From Candidatus Woesearchaeota archaeon (lineage in GTDB: Archaea; Nanobdellota; Nanobdellia; Woesearchaeales; JAGVXP01), in the NCBI GenBank assembly GCA_018303725.1, contig JAGVXP010000051.1:4033-36032 (forward strand): a DNA stretch of 32,000 bases. Direction: 5' to 3'. Positions 15,903 through 25,006 of the stretch are shown piece by piece. The notes under the pieces were generated by a model. It searched no databases and was not told the DNA's origin. It saw nothing but the letters and a program-made list of their open reading frames with translations. Position numbers and translations under genes: made by a program. Positions within the stretch are counted from its first letter, which is position 1. The number at the start of each line of letters is the position of its first letter.

Positions 15903-16397
15903 ATGTTTAAAATATATCACTTTAAAAAATTATCCTCGACCAATTATGAAGCCAGAAAATTTAGCGCTGGTTCTATTATCATAGCAGATACACAAACCAA
16001 AGGCAAAGGCAGATTAAAAAGAAAGTGGTCTTCATCTAAAGGGGGGGTCTATATGAGTATAGTCCTCAAGCCAAAAATAAAAAATTTGAATAAACTGACA
16101 ATAATAGCTGTTAAGGCAGTTCAAAGAACGCTAAAGAAATTGGATATAGCGACAAAAATAAAATTTCCTAATGATCTGCAGTATAAAGGCAAAAAAATAT
16201 GTGGAATTTTGACAGAAAACATCTTTAAAAATGATAAAATAGAAAAGATGATCATAGGTATAGGGATAAACACAAATAACCCGTTACCTAAATCTTTAGA
16301 AAGCAAAGCAATAACCTTAAAGAAGATTATGAAAAAAGGAGTTAACAATAAAAAAATAATCAATAAATTATTAAAAGAATTTAATCTATTGTACTAA
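15903..16397 (+). CDS. birA: Biotin--protein ligase, minimal catalytic domain only (164 aa)
   Basis: QTKGKGRLKRKWSSSKGGVYMS matches the GRGRxGRxW biotin-binding loop. The junction with accC reads TAAAATG. Confidence 0.7.
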   Translation: MFKIYHFKKLSSTNYEARKFSAGSIIIADTQTKGKGRLKRKWSSSKGGVYMSIVLKPKIKNLNKLTIIAVKAVQRTLKKLDIATKIKFPNDLQYKGKKICGILTENIFKNDKIEKMIIGIGINTNNPLPKSLESKAITLKKIMKKGVNNKKIINKLLKEFNLLY

Positions 16398-16401
16398 AAA
16401 T

Positions 16402-16794
16402 CTATTCGAGCTTAACCAACACACCCTTTGCTTCTGCTACTATCTCCCCATCAGCATTTTTTGCAACAGATTTTGCTAAAACCTTTCTTTCTTTTTCTTC
16501 TATAATCTCTCCTTCCAAAAATAACTTTTCATTGATATAAGCTGGTTTTTTTAAATCAACCTCAATTCTAGCTGTTACTGTGTTTAAACCAAGCTCATAA
16601 CCCAGTCTTGTCATTGCTTCATCTAAAACGGTTGCTAATATGCCTCCATGCACAACATCTTTGTATCCTTGATGTTCTTTTTTTGGTGTAAAAACAGTTT
16701 TAGTCTTTCTGCCTTTAGTTTCAAATTCCAGCTTTAAACCTATTTTGTTCTTCTTTCCGCAAACAAAGCAATAGTTATCATTATACAGCTTCAT
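16402..16794 (-). CDS. PaaI/4HBT-type hotdog acyl-CoA thioesterase
   Basis: Has CFVCGKKNKIGLKLEF and HGGILATVLDEAM, the characteristic PaaI-family pattern. Confidence 0.8.
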   Translation of the reverse strand: MKLYNDNYCFVCGKKNKIGLKLEFETKGRKTKTVFTPKKEHQGYKDVVHGGILATVLDEAMTRLGYELGLNTVTARIEVDLKKPAYINEKLFLEGEIIEEKERKVLAKSVAKNADGEIVAEAKGVLVKLE

Positions 16795-16884
16795 AAAAAC
16801 AGGATGTGATGTTCAATATTTATATCTTTGGTTTAAAACAAAAAGTTTAAATACCTATAACCCAACAAAAAAGCTGGTGAGACC

Positions 16885-17124
16885 ATGGCAATATTAAAAA
16901 ATGTACCCTTATTAAGAAGGATAATAGAAGTATCTTACACTATGGTTATTATTATTATATTAAGTGTTATAGTTGGTTTGGTATTGGCGTTTCCTGTAAT
17001 GTGGCTTTGGAACTTTGTTTTTAAAGGTGTTCCTAATATTCATTTAAATGTTTTTCAAGCATGGGCGCTAAATATATTAGCTGGAATACTTTTTGGTAAG
17101 ACTTCAGAAGGCTCTAAGAAATAG
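16885..17124 (+). CDS. Small hypothetical membrane protein (2 predicted TM helices)
   Basis: It has two hydrophobic stretches. GGTGA lies 5 nt upstream of the ATG, and a TATA-like GTTTAAATA lies about 35 nt upstream. No family was recognised. Confidence 0.4.
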   Translation: MAILKNVPLLRRIIEVSYTMVIIIILSVIVGLVLAFPVMWLWNFVFKGVPNIHLNVFQAWALNILAGILFGKTSEGSKK

Positions 17125-17138
17125 TTTTATCTCCTTTT

Positions 17139-17525
17139 TTATTCTATAATTACTAAAATATCCCCCTTGTTAACACTATCATTTTTTTTTACTTTAACCT
17201 CATTAACTTTACCCTCTTTTGGTGCTACTATCTCACTTTCCATTTTCATTGCCATTAGACTAACTAATTTATCTCCTTCTTTTACTTTATCCCCTTTTTT
17301 AACATCAACAGAAAATATAGTTCCGGGCAATGGGGCAACAATTATGTCTTTGTTTTCTTTAACTCCTCTTCTTTTTATTTCTTCTGTTACTTCTGATTGG
17401 ACATTTGATTTGGTTTCAACCTCATAAACATCTCCGCCACAATGTACTCTTATTTTTCCATCTTCGGTCTCTTCTACCTTTACATTGTACTCCTTACCAT
17501 CAACTTTAATTATCAAATCTTCCAT
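17139..17525 (-). CDS. Biotin carboxyl carrier protein (biotinyl domain)
   Basis: Contains LMAMKMESEI (the AMKM biotinylation motif) in a C-terminal lipoyl/biotinyl fold. Confidence 0.85.
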   Translation of the reverse strand: MEDLIIKVDGKEYNVKVEETEDGKIRVHCGGDVYEVETKSNVQSEVTEEIKRRGVKENKDIIVAPLPGTIFSVDVKKGDKVKEGDKLVSLMAMKMESEIVAPKEGKVNEVKVKKNDSVNKGDILVIIE

Positions 17526-17538
17526 TATAACACCTTAG

Positions 17539-19077
17539 CTATAAAGGTATTGTCCCGTGTTTTTTAGAAGGCCTTCTTTCCCTTTTGTTGGTTAATATAT
17601 CCAAACATTTTATTAATGTTTTTCTTGTTTCTTTTGGTTCTATTATAACATCAACCTTTCCTCTTTTTGCAGCCTCATAAGGATTAAGGAATTTTTCGGA
17701 GAATTCTTTTATTCTTTCTTTCTTTATTTTTTCACCGTTTTTGCCGTTTATCTCATTTCTAAAAATTATGTTTACTGCCTGCTCTGCGCCCATAACTGCT
17801 ATTTCAGATATAGGCCAAGCAATCACTTTGTCAAAACCCATATCTTTGGAAACTAAGGCTATATAAGCGCCACCATATGCCTTCCTCATGACCAAAGAAA
17901 TTTTTGGAACTGTCGCTTCTGAATAAGCATATAATATTTTTGCGCCATGTCTTATTATTCCGCCATGTTCTTGCTCTGTGCCAGGTAAATAACCAGTCAC
18001 ATCAACAAGATTAATCAATGGTATGTTAAAGCAATCACAAAATCTTACAAATCTGGCTATTTTGTCTGAAGAGTTTATATCCAAGCAACCTGCCAATATC
18101 TTTGGTTGGTTTGCGACTATGCCTATTGTATTGTTATTTAATCTCGCAAACCCAACTACTGCATTTTGTGCATAATATTCATGAACCTCAAAAAAAGAAT
18201 TTTTATCAAAAACCTCGTTAATCACTTCTTTTACATCGTATGCTTTTTTTGGATCATCTGGGACAATATCAGCCAAATTATTGTTCACCCTGTCTGGGTT
18301 GTCCCCCGTGTTTATTGATGGGGGGTTTTCTAAATTATTTTGGGGTATATAACTTATTAATTTTTTGATAGTGTTTATGCATTCTTTTTCAGAGTTTGTA
18401 AAGAAATGAGCAACCCCGCTTTTTTGGTTGTGTATTGAAGCACCACCCAATCCCTCAAAATCTATAGTTTCTCCTGTTACTGTTTTTATTACGTCTGGTC
18501 CTGTGATAAACATGTTTGAGATTTTATCAACCATAAAGACAAAATCAGTTAAGGCTGGAGAATAAACAGCTATGCCTGCACAAGGGCCCATGATTACAGA
18601 CAGCTGTGGTATAACTCCTGAAGCCATGGTATTATTAAGGAAGATTTCACCGCCGCCTCCTAATCCACCAATCCCTTCTTGAATCCTTGCTCCACCAGAA
18701 TCCAGCAGGCCTATAACCGGACATCCTGTTTTTAGGGCTGAAGATATAATATTAGCTATTTTTCTTGTATGCACCTCGCCCATTGAGCCGCCCATAACTG
18801 AGAAATCCTGAGCATAAACATAAACCGGCCTTTTGCTTATTGTTCCATAACCAGTTATAACGCCATCACCAGCTACTTTCTTATTTTGTAAATCAAAATT
18901 ATTATCAGTTAATTCGGCAAAAGCATTTGTCTCTATAAAACTATCTTTATCCAAAAGCAAGTTTAATCTTTCTCTTGCTGTTAATTTGCCCTTTTTATGC
19001 TGCTTTTTTATTAACTCTCTATCTATTAAATTATCCCTTTTATCTTTAAATCCCTTTATTTCCTTCTTGAAAGACAT
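17539..19077 (-). CDS. Acyl-CoA carboxylase carboxyltransferase subunit (PccB/MmdA family)
   Basis: It is 512 aa with a LLDSGGARIQEG motif and a duplicated crotonase-like CT fold (AYGGAYIA). Confidence 0.9.
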   Translation of the reverse strand: MSFKKEIKGFKDKRDNLIDRELIKKQHKKGKLTARERLNLLLDKDSFIETNAFAELTDNNFDLQNKKVAGDGVITGYGTISKRPVYVYAQDFSVMGGSMGEVHTRKIANIISSALKTGCPVIGLLDSGGARIQEGIGGLGGGGEIFLNNTMASGVIPQLSVIMGPCAGIAVYSPALTDFVFMVDKISNMFITGPDVIKTVTGETIDFEGLGGASIHNQKSGVAHFFTNSEKECINTIKKLISYIPQNNLENPPSINTGDNPDRVNNNLADIVPDDPKKAYDVKEVINEVFDKNSFFEVHEYYAQNAVVGFARLNNNTIGIVANQPKILAGCLDINSSDKIARFVRFCDCFNIPLINLVDVTGYLPGTEQEHGGIIRHGAKILYAYSEATVPKISLVMRKAYGGAYIALVSKDMGFDKVIAWPISEIAVMGAEQAVNIIFRNEINGKNGEKIKKERIKEFSEKFLNPYEAAKRGKVDVIIEPKETRKTLIKCLDILTNKRERRPSKKHGTIPL

Positions 19078-19126
19078 CCCACACCCCTCAAGGTAAAATT
19101 AAGCGACTATATAAAAACTTTTCTAT

Positions 19127-19828
19127 TTAGAATAATCTAAACCCTTTGCCTTCTTTTGTCCCTATAATCCCTCCTTCTACAATCTTAAAAAGGATCTCTT
19201 TTTCCTCTGCTAAACTCCTATGTTTCCTTAGTATTAACCTTCTGTTGTTGTTAGGTGTTATTTGCAGTTCTATAAGGCATTTAGAGCTATACTTCAACAA
19301 ATCCCCCCCAACTATATTTACTTTTTCCTTATCATCAAAATTGGCATAAACCTGGTTAGTTATTAAAACTGGAATATTTTTTTTCCTGGATATTTCCGAT
19401 AAGTAAGCTATTTGTTTGCCCAATTCCCTATTAACCTCATAAATATCCTCATTTTTACCCAACTCAAGCCTGTATAGCATAGCTATAGTGTCTATTATTA
19501 TCAAACCTATTTTATCATCCACCATGTCTTTTAATTTTTCAAATACCTTTTTCTGGCCTTCAAATGTTGTGGGCCTTAAGAAAATTATTTTATCTAATAT
19601 CTTTTTGTAATCTAAAGCTATTTGCCTTAACCTCTCTACGGAAAAATTCCCTTCTGTATCAATATAAATTATTTTTTTGTCTTTCCTAGCTATGCTTATG
19701 GCACAAAGCAAGCATAATATGGTCTTTCCAGATCCTGCTGGCCCGTATATGGTTGTTATTATATCTGTTTCATAGCCCCCATCAAGCATTTTATCCAATA
19801 TCTTGGAGCCAGTAGCTATCCTTGCCAT
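19127..19828 (-). CDS. radB: RadB (archaeal RecA/RadA paralog, KaiC-like ATPase)
   Basis: MARIATGSKILDKMLDGGYETDIITTIYGPAGSGKT carries the Walker A motif. The ATG at 19828 has the palindromic TTTATAAA (19851..19858) about 26 nt upstream. The track's longer N-terminus (to 19900) is hydrophobic and looks spurious. Confidence 0.8.
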   Translation of the reverse strand: MARIATGSKILDKMLDGGYETDIITTIYGPAGSGKTILCLLCAISIARKDKKIIYIDTEGNFSVERLRQIALDYKKILDKIIFLRPTTFEGQKKVFEKLKDMVDDKIGLIIIDTIAMLYRLELGKNEDIYEVNRELGKQIAYLSEISRKKNIPVLITNQVYANFDDKEKVNIVGGDLLKYSSKCLIELQITPNNNRRLILRKHRSLAEEKEILFKIVEGGIIGTKEGKGFRLF

Positions 19829-19850
19829 AAATACCAGCAATCTGTATGTT

Positions 19851-19858
19851 TTTATAAA
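19851..19858 (-). promoter_or_regulatory. Archaeal TATA-box candidate for radB (leaderless geometry)
   Basis: TTTATAAA is centred about 26 nt upstream of ATG 19828. Confidence 0.4.
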
Positions 19859-19938
19859 GTTTTGTATCCTAAAATAGACACTATCTAATAAAAAGAACAA
19901 AATTTTTAAATAGACTTAACTTCTATAAAAATTATAAA

Positions 19939-21213
19939 ATGAATATCACATTAACTATATTATTGTGGGCTACATATATCCTTTCTTTGTATTTTACAAT
20001 CTTTTGGTTTATTGTTTTTATCGAACAAAAAGGGTTCTTTAAAAAAGAAAAAAGGAAAAAAATAAAATTGGCTAAATCGCCTTTTGTTTCCATACTGATA
20101 CCTGCATATAATGAAGAAGAGGTTATCCAATCAACTATAAAATCTGTGCTAAATCTTAATTACCCTAAAAATAGATTGGAGGTTATTGTTATTAATGATG
20201 GCAGTACAGACAAGACACAACATAAAGTGCAAGCTCTGATCAAAGAGGATAGGGGTAAAAAAATAATACTCCTCAACCAAAAAAACCAAGGGAAAGCAAA
20301 ATCTCTTAATAATGCTTTGAAAATTGCTAAGGGAGAATTTTTTGCATGTTTGGATGCAGATTCTTATGTGGAAAAGGACACTTTAACAAAAATGTTGGTG
20401 CTGTATGAAAAAGAAAATGATCCCGACTTAACTATAGTTACCCCTGCTATGAAAGTCAAAAAACCAAAAAACCTCATCCAAAAATTGCAGAGAGTGGAAT
20501 ATATTCTTACCTTATTTGTATCAAGATTAATGAGTCGTTTGGATTGCATATATGTTGCTCCAGGCCCGTTTTCTTTGTATAGGAAAAAAACAATAATTGA
20601 TATGGGTGGTTTTGAGGTTGGTAATTTAACAGAGGACCAAGAAATTGCCTATAGGGCTCAAAAACACCAATATAAGATAAAACAATGCTACAATGCTTAC
20701 GTTTATACTATAGCGCCAAAAACAGCAAAGGAATTATATAAGCAAAGGGATAGGTGGTTTAAAGGCGGTTTGATTAATGCTTTAAAATACAGAAAATTGC
20801 TTTGGAATAGGGATTATGGTGATTTTGGTATGATGCAGATGACAATCAATCTATTAATGTTTTTTCTTAGTATGTCCGCTATAACCCTTTTTTCATACTA
20901 TATAATCATACCATTATTTAAAAATTTGAAAAATTTATATCTTGTAAGATTTGATATAATTCCTTATATAAAAGACATGAGTTTTAATTTTAATATACTA
21001 AACTTTGATTTTGGAAAATTGGTAATATTGTTTTTATTGTTTATTATAACTTTTATATTATTCTATCTTTCCCATAAAAATGCCCGAGAGAAAATAAGAA
21101 GGCACGGTACTTTATACCTTATACCCTACTTTTTGGTTTATTATATTGCCATGTCAATGATAGTTGTGGTGACTATCTTTGAATTAATGATAGGTAAAAG
21201 ACAAAAATGGTAA
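19939..21213 (+). CDS. Processive family-2 glycosyltransferase (membrane polysaccharide synthase type)
   Basis: It has an N-terminal TM segment, PAYNEE, NDGSTD, LDADS, LTEDQE and QRDRW (the QxxRW signature), plus C-terminal TM helices. Confidence 0.85.
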   Translation: MNITLTILLWATYILSLYFTIFWFIVFIEQKGFFKKEKRKKIKLAKSPFVSILIPAYNEEEVIQSTIKSVLNLNYPKNRLEVIVINDGSTDKTQHKVQALIKEDRGKKIILLNQKNQGKAKSLNNALKIAKGEFFACLDADSYVEKDTLTKMLVLYEKENDPDLTIVTPAMKVKKPKNLIQKLQRVEYILTLFVSRLMSRLDCIYVAPGPFSLYRKKTIIDMGGFEVGNLTEDQEIAYRAQKHQYKIKQCYNAYVYTIAPKTAKELYKQRDRWFKGGLINALKYRKLLWNRDYGDFGMMQMTINLLMFFLSMSAITLFSYYIIIPLFKNLKNLYLVRFDIIPYIKDMSFNFNILNFDFGKLVILFLLFIITFILFYLSHKNAREKIRRHGTLYLIPYFLVYYIAMSMIVVVTIFELMIGKRQKW

Positions 21214-21902
21214 TTGAAAGGAAGATAAGCAAGAATAAGTACCTGTTGGCAGCTATTTTGACATTGCTTATATTCTTCCTTGGTTTATTTCTGGGAATAA
21301 TCTTAGACAGCATAAGGCTAAACTGGTCTGAAAAAATAATCAAACAACAGGAAATAGATTATCAAAGTCTGCAGTTTCAATACCTTTATTTGACCGAGCT
21401 GGAAAATGAAAATGCAAGCTGTACAGTTTTACACACAACACTAGATAAAATTGTCAAAGATTTAAGCGAATCATTGGACGAATTTTTAAAATTTAAAGAG
21501 GAAGCTAAAATAAACAAAAAAGAATTTGAGATTGTTGGGAGGAGATACTTAATAGATAATTTGAGATATTGGCTTTTCGCTAAGAAAAGTAAAAAAGCAT
21601 GCGATATAGATCTAGTAAACATACTTTATTTTTTTTCAGATGAAAAATGTGGTATATGCCCAGACCAGGGAGTAATACTAACATATTTTAAGAAAAGATT
21701 TGGGGAAAAATTATTAGTTTTCCCCATAGATGTTGATCTTGAGGAAAGTGAACCAATGATATCAATTTTGAGAAGCCAATATAACATTACCAGATACCCA
21801 ACTTTGATTGTAGAAGGTAACAAATTTGAAGGTATAGTTCCACGAGACAGATTAGAAAATATAATCTGTGGTTCTTTTAAGGATAATGAATCATGCGCTT
21901 AA
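21207..21902 (+). CDS. Membrane-anchored thioredoxin-like protein (CxxC)
   Basis: It has an N-terminal TM helix, a CGIC redox motif and a downstream RYPTL cis-Pro loop pattern. Its ATG overlaps the stop of the GT2 gene. Confidence 0.55.
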   Translation: MVIERKISKNKYLLAAILTLLIFFLGLFLGIILDSIRLNWSEKIIKQQEIDYQSLQFQYLYLTELENENASCTVLHTTLDKIVKDLSESLDEFLKFKEEAKINKKEFEIVGRRYLIDNLRYWLFAKKSKKACDIDLVNILYFFSDEKCGICPDQGVILTYFKKRFGEKLLVFPIDVDLEESEPMISILRSQYNITRYPTLIVEGNKFEGIVPRDRLENIICGSFKDNESCA

Positions 21903-21903
21903 A

Positions 21904-23373
21904 ATGAATTTTAAAAAAATATGCAAAAAACATAAGGAAATATTGATATTAACCTTAATCTTTTTGTTGATAAGGCTTTTTTTCTTGATAAAATTCCATG
22001 GTATAATATGGGATGAAGCTGTTTATATAGGAATGGGTAAATTCATATACTCCCTAGGTGAAATAGGTTTGTGGGAACCAGCCAGACCAATATTGCTTCC
22101 TTTATTGGTTGGATTGATTTGGAAAATCGGCTTGAATGTTGTCTTTTTTTCTGAAATATTGATATATTTTTTTACAATCGGAAACATTTTCCTCACATAT
22201 CTTATTGGGACTAAACTATTTAATAAAAAGACAGGTTTAATTGCCTCATTTTTTTTAGTAATCACACCCACTTTTTTTCTTTATTCCTCTTACATATTAA
22301 CTGAGATAGTCTCTTCATTTTTTGTCTTAACCGCTTTGTATTTTTTTATCAATAAAAAGCTTATACCAGCCGGTGTTTTTTCAGCTCTGGCATTCTTGTC
22401 TAGATTCCCCCAAGGTTTAATATTGGCCGTTTTATTGGTGACAATCATTACTGATTATATACTAAACAACAAAAAGACCCAAACTTTCATTAAAGATCTT
22501 TTAAAAGTAGCTTTAACCTTTGTTATTGCAACTTTTCCTTATCTTATATTCAATTATTTTATGTATAAAAAGGACACCTGTTGTTTGCATCATGCTCTGT
22601 TCAGGCCATTAATATTGGCCGTTTGGCATCAGGGAAATCCAGCAGAGTGGGTTATAAACGGAACTTTATCTTCCTACCTATTTAATTTATTCTATTACCC
22701 CCTTTTGGTTTTTAAAGAAAATCCTTTCTTAATTTTGATTATTCCTGCTGTTATACTCTTCTTTAAAAATAGATATTACAAAAAAATTGATTTGAATGTT
22801 TTTTTAGTGGCAATAATCGTTTATTTAGGCTATTACACATACATACTTAACAAACAAATGAGGTTTTCTCTTGTATTTGTTCCATTTATGGCTTTATTGA
22901 GTTCATACGGATTTATAGAACTTGTCAAATTAGCAAAGAAAAAAAGATTATTCAAAGTTATTTTTTCGGTAGCTGTAATGATAATATTCTTGTTTGTTGT
23001 TGTTCAAGATTCAACCTATTACGGCTGGAGAAGCAAAAATCCTCCTAAAATTGTTCCAGAATTTTATAAATATTTTATTGATAAAAACATAAAAGGACAC
23101 ATATTGACAGCTGACCCAGTTCCAGTTGTGTATGTTGACGCAAAATTTTTACCATTTTACTTCTCAATTAAAGATGCAGAAAAAATTTATGATGAGAATA
23201 AAGAAAATTCTTTTTATGTAGTATACACCTCTAAAACTTTTTTCTGCCAGGAGCTGGATATAGGGTGTTCCAGTGAAATAAATGAATTTTCTAGGAAAAT
23301 AAAAGAAGAAAATAAACTAATTTTTTCAAAAAAATACGGTGATAGGGAATACTACATCTACCAAAATAAATGA
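21904..23373 (+). CDS. GT-C fold glycosyltransferase (family 39 / PMT-ArnT-like)
   Basis: It is polytopic, with a DE motif in the first loop (IIWDEAVYIG). The ATG at 21904 avoids overlap with the upstream gene; the track start at 21868 is an in-frame alternative. Confidence 0.7.
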   Translation: MNFKKICKKHKEILILTLIFLLIRLFFLIKFHGIIWDEAVYIGMGKFIYSLGEIGLWEPARPILLPLLVGLIWKIGLNVVFFSEILIYFFTIGNIFLTYLIGTKLFNKKTGLIASFFLVITPTFFLYSSYILTEIVSSFFVLTALYFFINKKLIPAGVFSALAFLSRFPQGLILAVLLVTIITDYILNNKKTQTFIKDLLKVALTFVIATFPYLIFNYFMYKKDTCCLHHALFRPLILAVWHQGNPAEWVINGTLSSYLFNLFYYPLLVFKENPFLILIIPAVILFFKNRYYKKIDLNVFLVAIIVYLGYYTYILNKQMRFSLVFVPFMALLSSYGFIELVKLAKKKRLFKVIFSVAVMIIFLFVVVQDSTYYGWRSKNPPKIVPEFYKYFIDKNIKGHILTADPVPVVYVDAKFLPFYFSIKDAEKIYDENKENSFYVVYTSKTFFCQELDIGCSSEINEFSRKIKEENKLIFSKKYGDREYYIYQNK

Positions 23374-23838
23374 TTATTTGTTTTTTATGTTGATTATATC
23401 GCCTATAGTGAAATATCCTTCTTTTTCTTTTGAAGCCTTTTCATGTACAACTTCTTTTTGCTCAATTAATCTCACTTTTAGAAATCTCTCTATTTTTCTT
23501 GTTAATTCTACGCTGGGCTCAAAATGGCCGGTTTCTATTTTGTGAATCAAAGCCTGCTTCTCATTTATCTTTTTGGCAAAATCCTCCTGTTTTAAGCCCA
23601 ATTCTTCTCTTCTTTTTCTTATTTTTTCAGCATAATCCTCTACTATCACAAAAACAATCTCATTTTCGGGGCCATATGTTTTGTCTTCTTTCACCTTTTT
23701 TGGTTTTATCTCCTTTATTCTTACCTCAGAAATAACCTTGCCAAATTTAGAACAATTCTCACATACATTTAGCTCTGAACCTTCTATGTTGGTTTTAAAC
23801 AAACCTTCAGTTTCAGTTCCGCACATATCGCAGATCAT
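23374..23838 (-). CDS. mbf1: Archaeal MBF1-type transcription factor (Zn ribbon plus Cro/C1 HTH)
   Basis: Has CDMCG...CENCSKFG at the N-terminus and a RKRREELGLKQEDFAKKINEKQALIHKIETG helix-turn-helix. Confidence 0.8.
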   Translation of the reverse strand: MICDMCGTETEGLFKTNIEGSELNVCENCSKFGKVISEVRIKEIKPKKVKEDKTYGPENEIVFVIVEDYAEKIRKRREELGLKQEDFAKKINEKQALIHKIETGHFEPSVELTRKIERFLKVRLIEQKEVVHEKASKEKEGYFTIGDIINIKNK

Positions 23839-24239
23839 TTCCCAATCACATTTACAATAACTTTTCTATTGCTTCTTGGCCCATCCCATTCTGTGAAAAA
23901 AATATCCTGCCACACGCCTAGTTGTAGCTTCCCATTATTTATAGGTATTGTTTTGCTTACCCCAATTATTGTTGATTTAATATGAGCGGCAGCATTATTG
24001 TCAACTTCATCATGCAAATAGCCATCATGCTCTGGAACAATCTTATTTGTTGCCTTTATTATGTCTGCCTGTATATTTAGGTCAGCATTCTCATTTATTG
24101 TTAGAGCGGCAGTTGCATGAGGCACATAGACAAAGCAGATGCCTTCCTTGACTTTTGAGTTTTTGACTATTTCTTCAACTTTAGAGGTTATGTCTATTAG
24201 CTCGTGTTTTTTGGAAGAGGAGAGAGTTATTGTCTGCAT
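23835..24239 (-). CDS. yjbQ: YjbQ/UPF0047 family (secondary thiamine-phosphate synthase)
   Basis: Has HATAALTINENAD, NAAAHIKS and LQLGVWQDIFFTEWDGPRSNRKV. It overlaps mbf1 through an ATGA junction. Confidence 0.8.
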   Translation of the reverse strand: MQTITLSSSKKHELIDITSKVEEIVKNSKVKEGICFVYVPHATAALTINENADLNIQADIIKATNKIVPEHDGYLHDEVDNNAAAHIKSTIIGVSKTIPINNGKLQLGVWQDIFFTEWDGPRSNRKVIVNVIGK

Positions 24240-24343
24240 ATTTTCTGGTATGTTGCATTATTATAAAAATATTTCTAATATAACTTCAAATCAATTGGAA
24301 ATTAAAGAAAAGTATTTAAAAAGGCTTCTATAACTTTAATAAT

Positions 24344-25006
24344 ATGACCAAGGAAAAGTTTGTTTTGGTAAGCTTAAACGAGGATAAAGCCAAGCAATTA
24401 GCCCAGGTTATAGCTAATGAAAGCTGCAGGAAAATACTTGACTATCTGGCTGAAAAGGAGGCAACTGAAACCGAGTTAGCTGAAAAGTTACAGATTCCAA
24501 TTTCTACAGTGCATTATAATTTAAAGCATTTAATGGATGGCGGCTTAGTTACAGTGGATGAATTCCATTACAGCGAGAAAGGGAAGGAAGTCAACCATTA
24601 CAAGCTGGCTAATAAATATATTATAATTGCTCCAAAAACAACATACGGCATAAAAGAAAAGTTAAAATCAATTCTGCCAGTTGCTTTACTGGCAGCAGTT
24701 GGAGCAGGTTTTATACAGTTATTTTCTAAGTATATTGCGAAGCCAGGAATGATTAGGACATTTACAGCAGCAAAAGAAGCAGCACTGCCTGAAGCAGAAA
24801 AGATGGTAACTGGTGTTGCTGGAGTTTCAGAAGAAGCAGCTCCTATGGTTGCAAAGGCAGCAGATGTTATTCAGAATGTAACTACAACAACCACAACCAC
24901 TACTATACCGCCATCTCCTTTAGCAAACATTGCTCTCTGGTTCCTGATAGGCGCTGTTTTTGCGATAGTTTTATATTTGATAATAACTAAGATTAGAGAA
25001 AGATGA
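24344..25006 (+). CDS. Membrane-tethered ArsR-family winged-HTH regulator (2 TM, Thr-rich linker)
   Basis: RKILDYLAEKEATETELAEKLQIPISTVHYNLKHLMDGGLV is an ArsR wHTH. It is followed by two hydrophobic helices that flank a linker of about 65 aa with a T8 run. Confidence 0.75.
   Translation: MTKEKFVLVSLNEDKAKQLAQVIANESCRKILDYLAEKEATETELAEKLQIPISTVHYNLKHLMDGGLVTVDEFHYSEKGKEVNHYKLANKYIIIAPKTTYGIKEKLKSILPVALLAAVGAGFIQLFSKYIAKPGMIRTFTAAKEAALPEAEKMVTGVAGVSEEAAPMVAKAADVIQNVTTTTTTTTIPPSPLANIALWFLIGAVFAIVLYLIITKIRER

Noticed and set aside
16885-17124. The small 2-TM ORF as a membrane subunit of a Na+-pumping biotin decarboxylase (Mmd/Oad gamma/delta-like)
   Set aside because: It is on the opposite strand from the BCCP and carboxyltransferase genes. 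No OadB/MmdB-type pump subunit is present. The presence of a biotin carboxylase argues for a carboxylase rather than a decarboxylase.
19829-19900. The extended hydrophobic N-terminus (MFFLLDSVYFRIQNFIKTYRLLVF) of RadB
   Set aside because: RadB homologues begin near MARIATG. A TATA-like box inside this extension sits at the right distance for a leaderless start at 19828.
21868-21903. The extended N-terminus (MVLLRIMNHALK) of the GT39 ORF
   Set aside because: It overlaps the upstream gene by 35 nt, and the in-frame ATG at 21904 gives a conventional N-terminus. It is kept only as an alternative start.
24881-24904. An ACN-codon run as a DNA microsatellite or slippage tract
   Set aside because: It uses mixed Thr codons (ACT/ACA/ACC) encoding T8, so it is a protein-level linker and not an exact nucleotide repeat.
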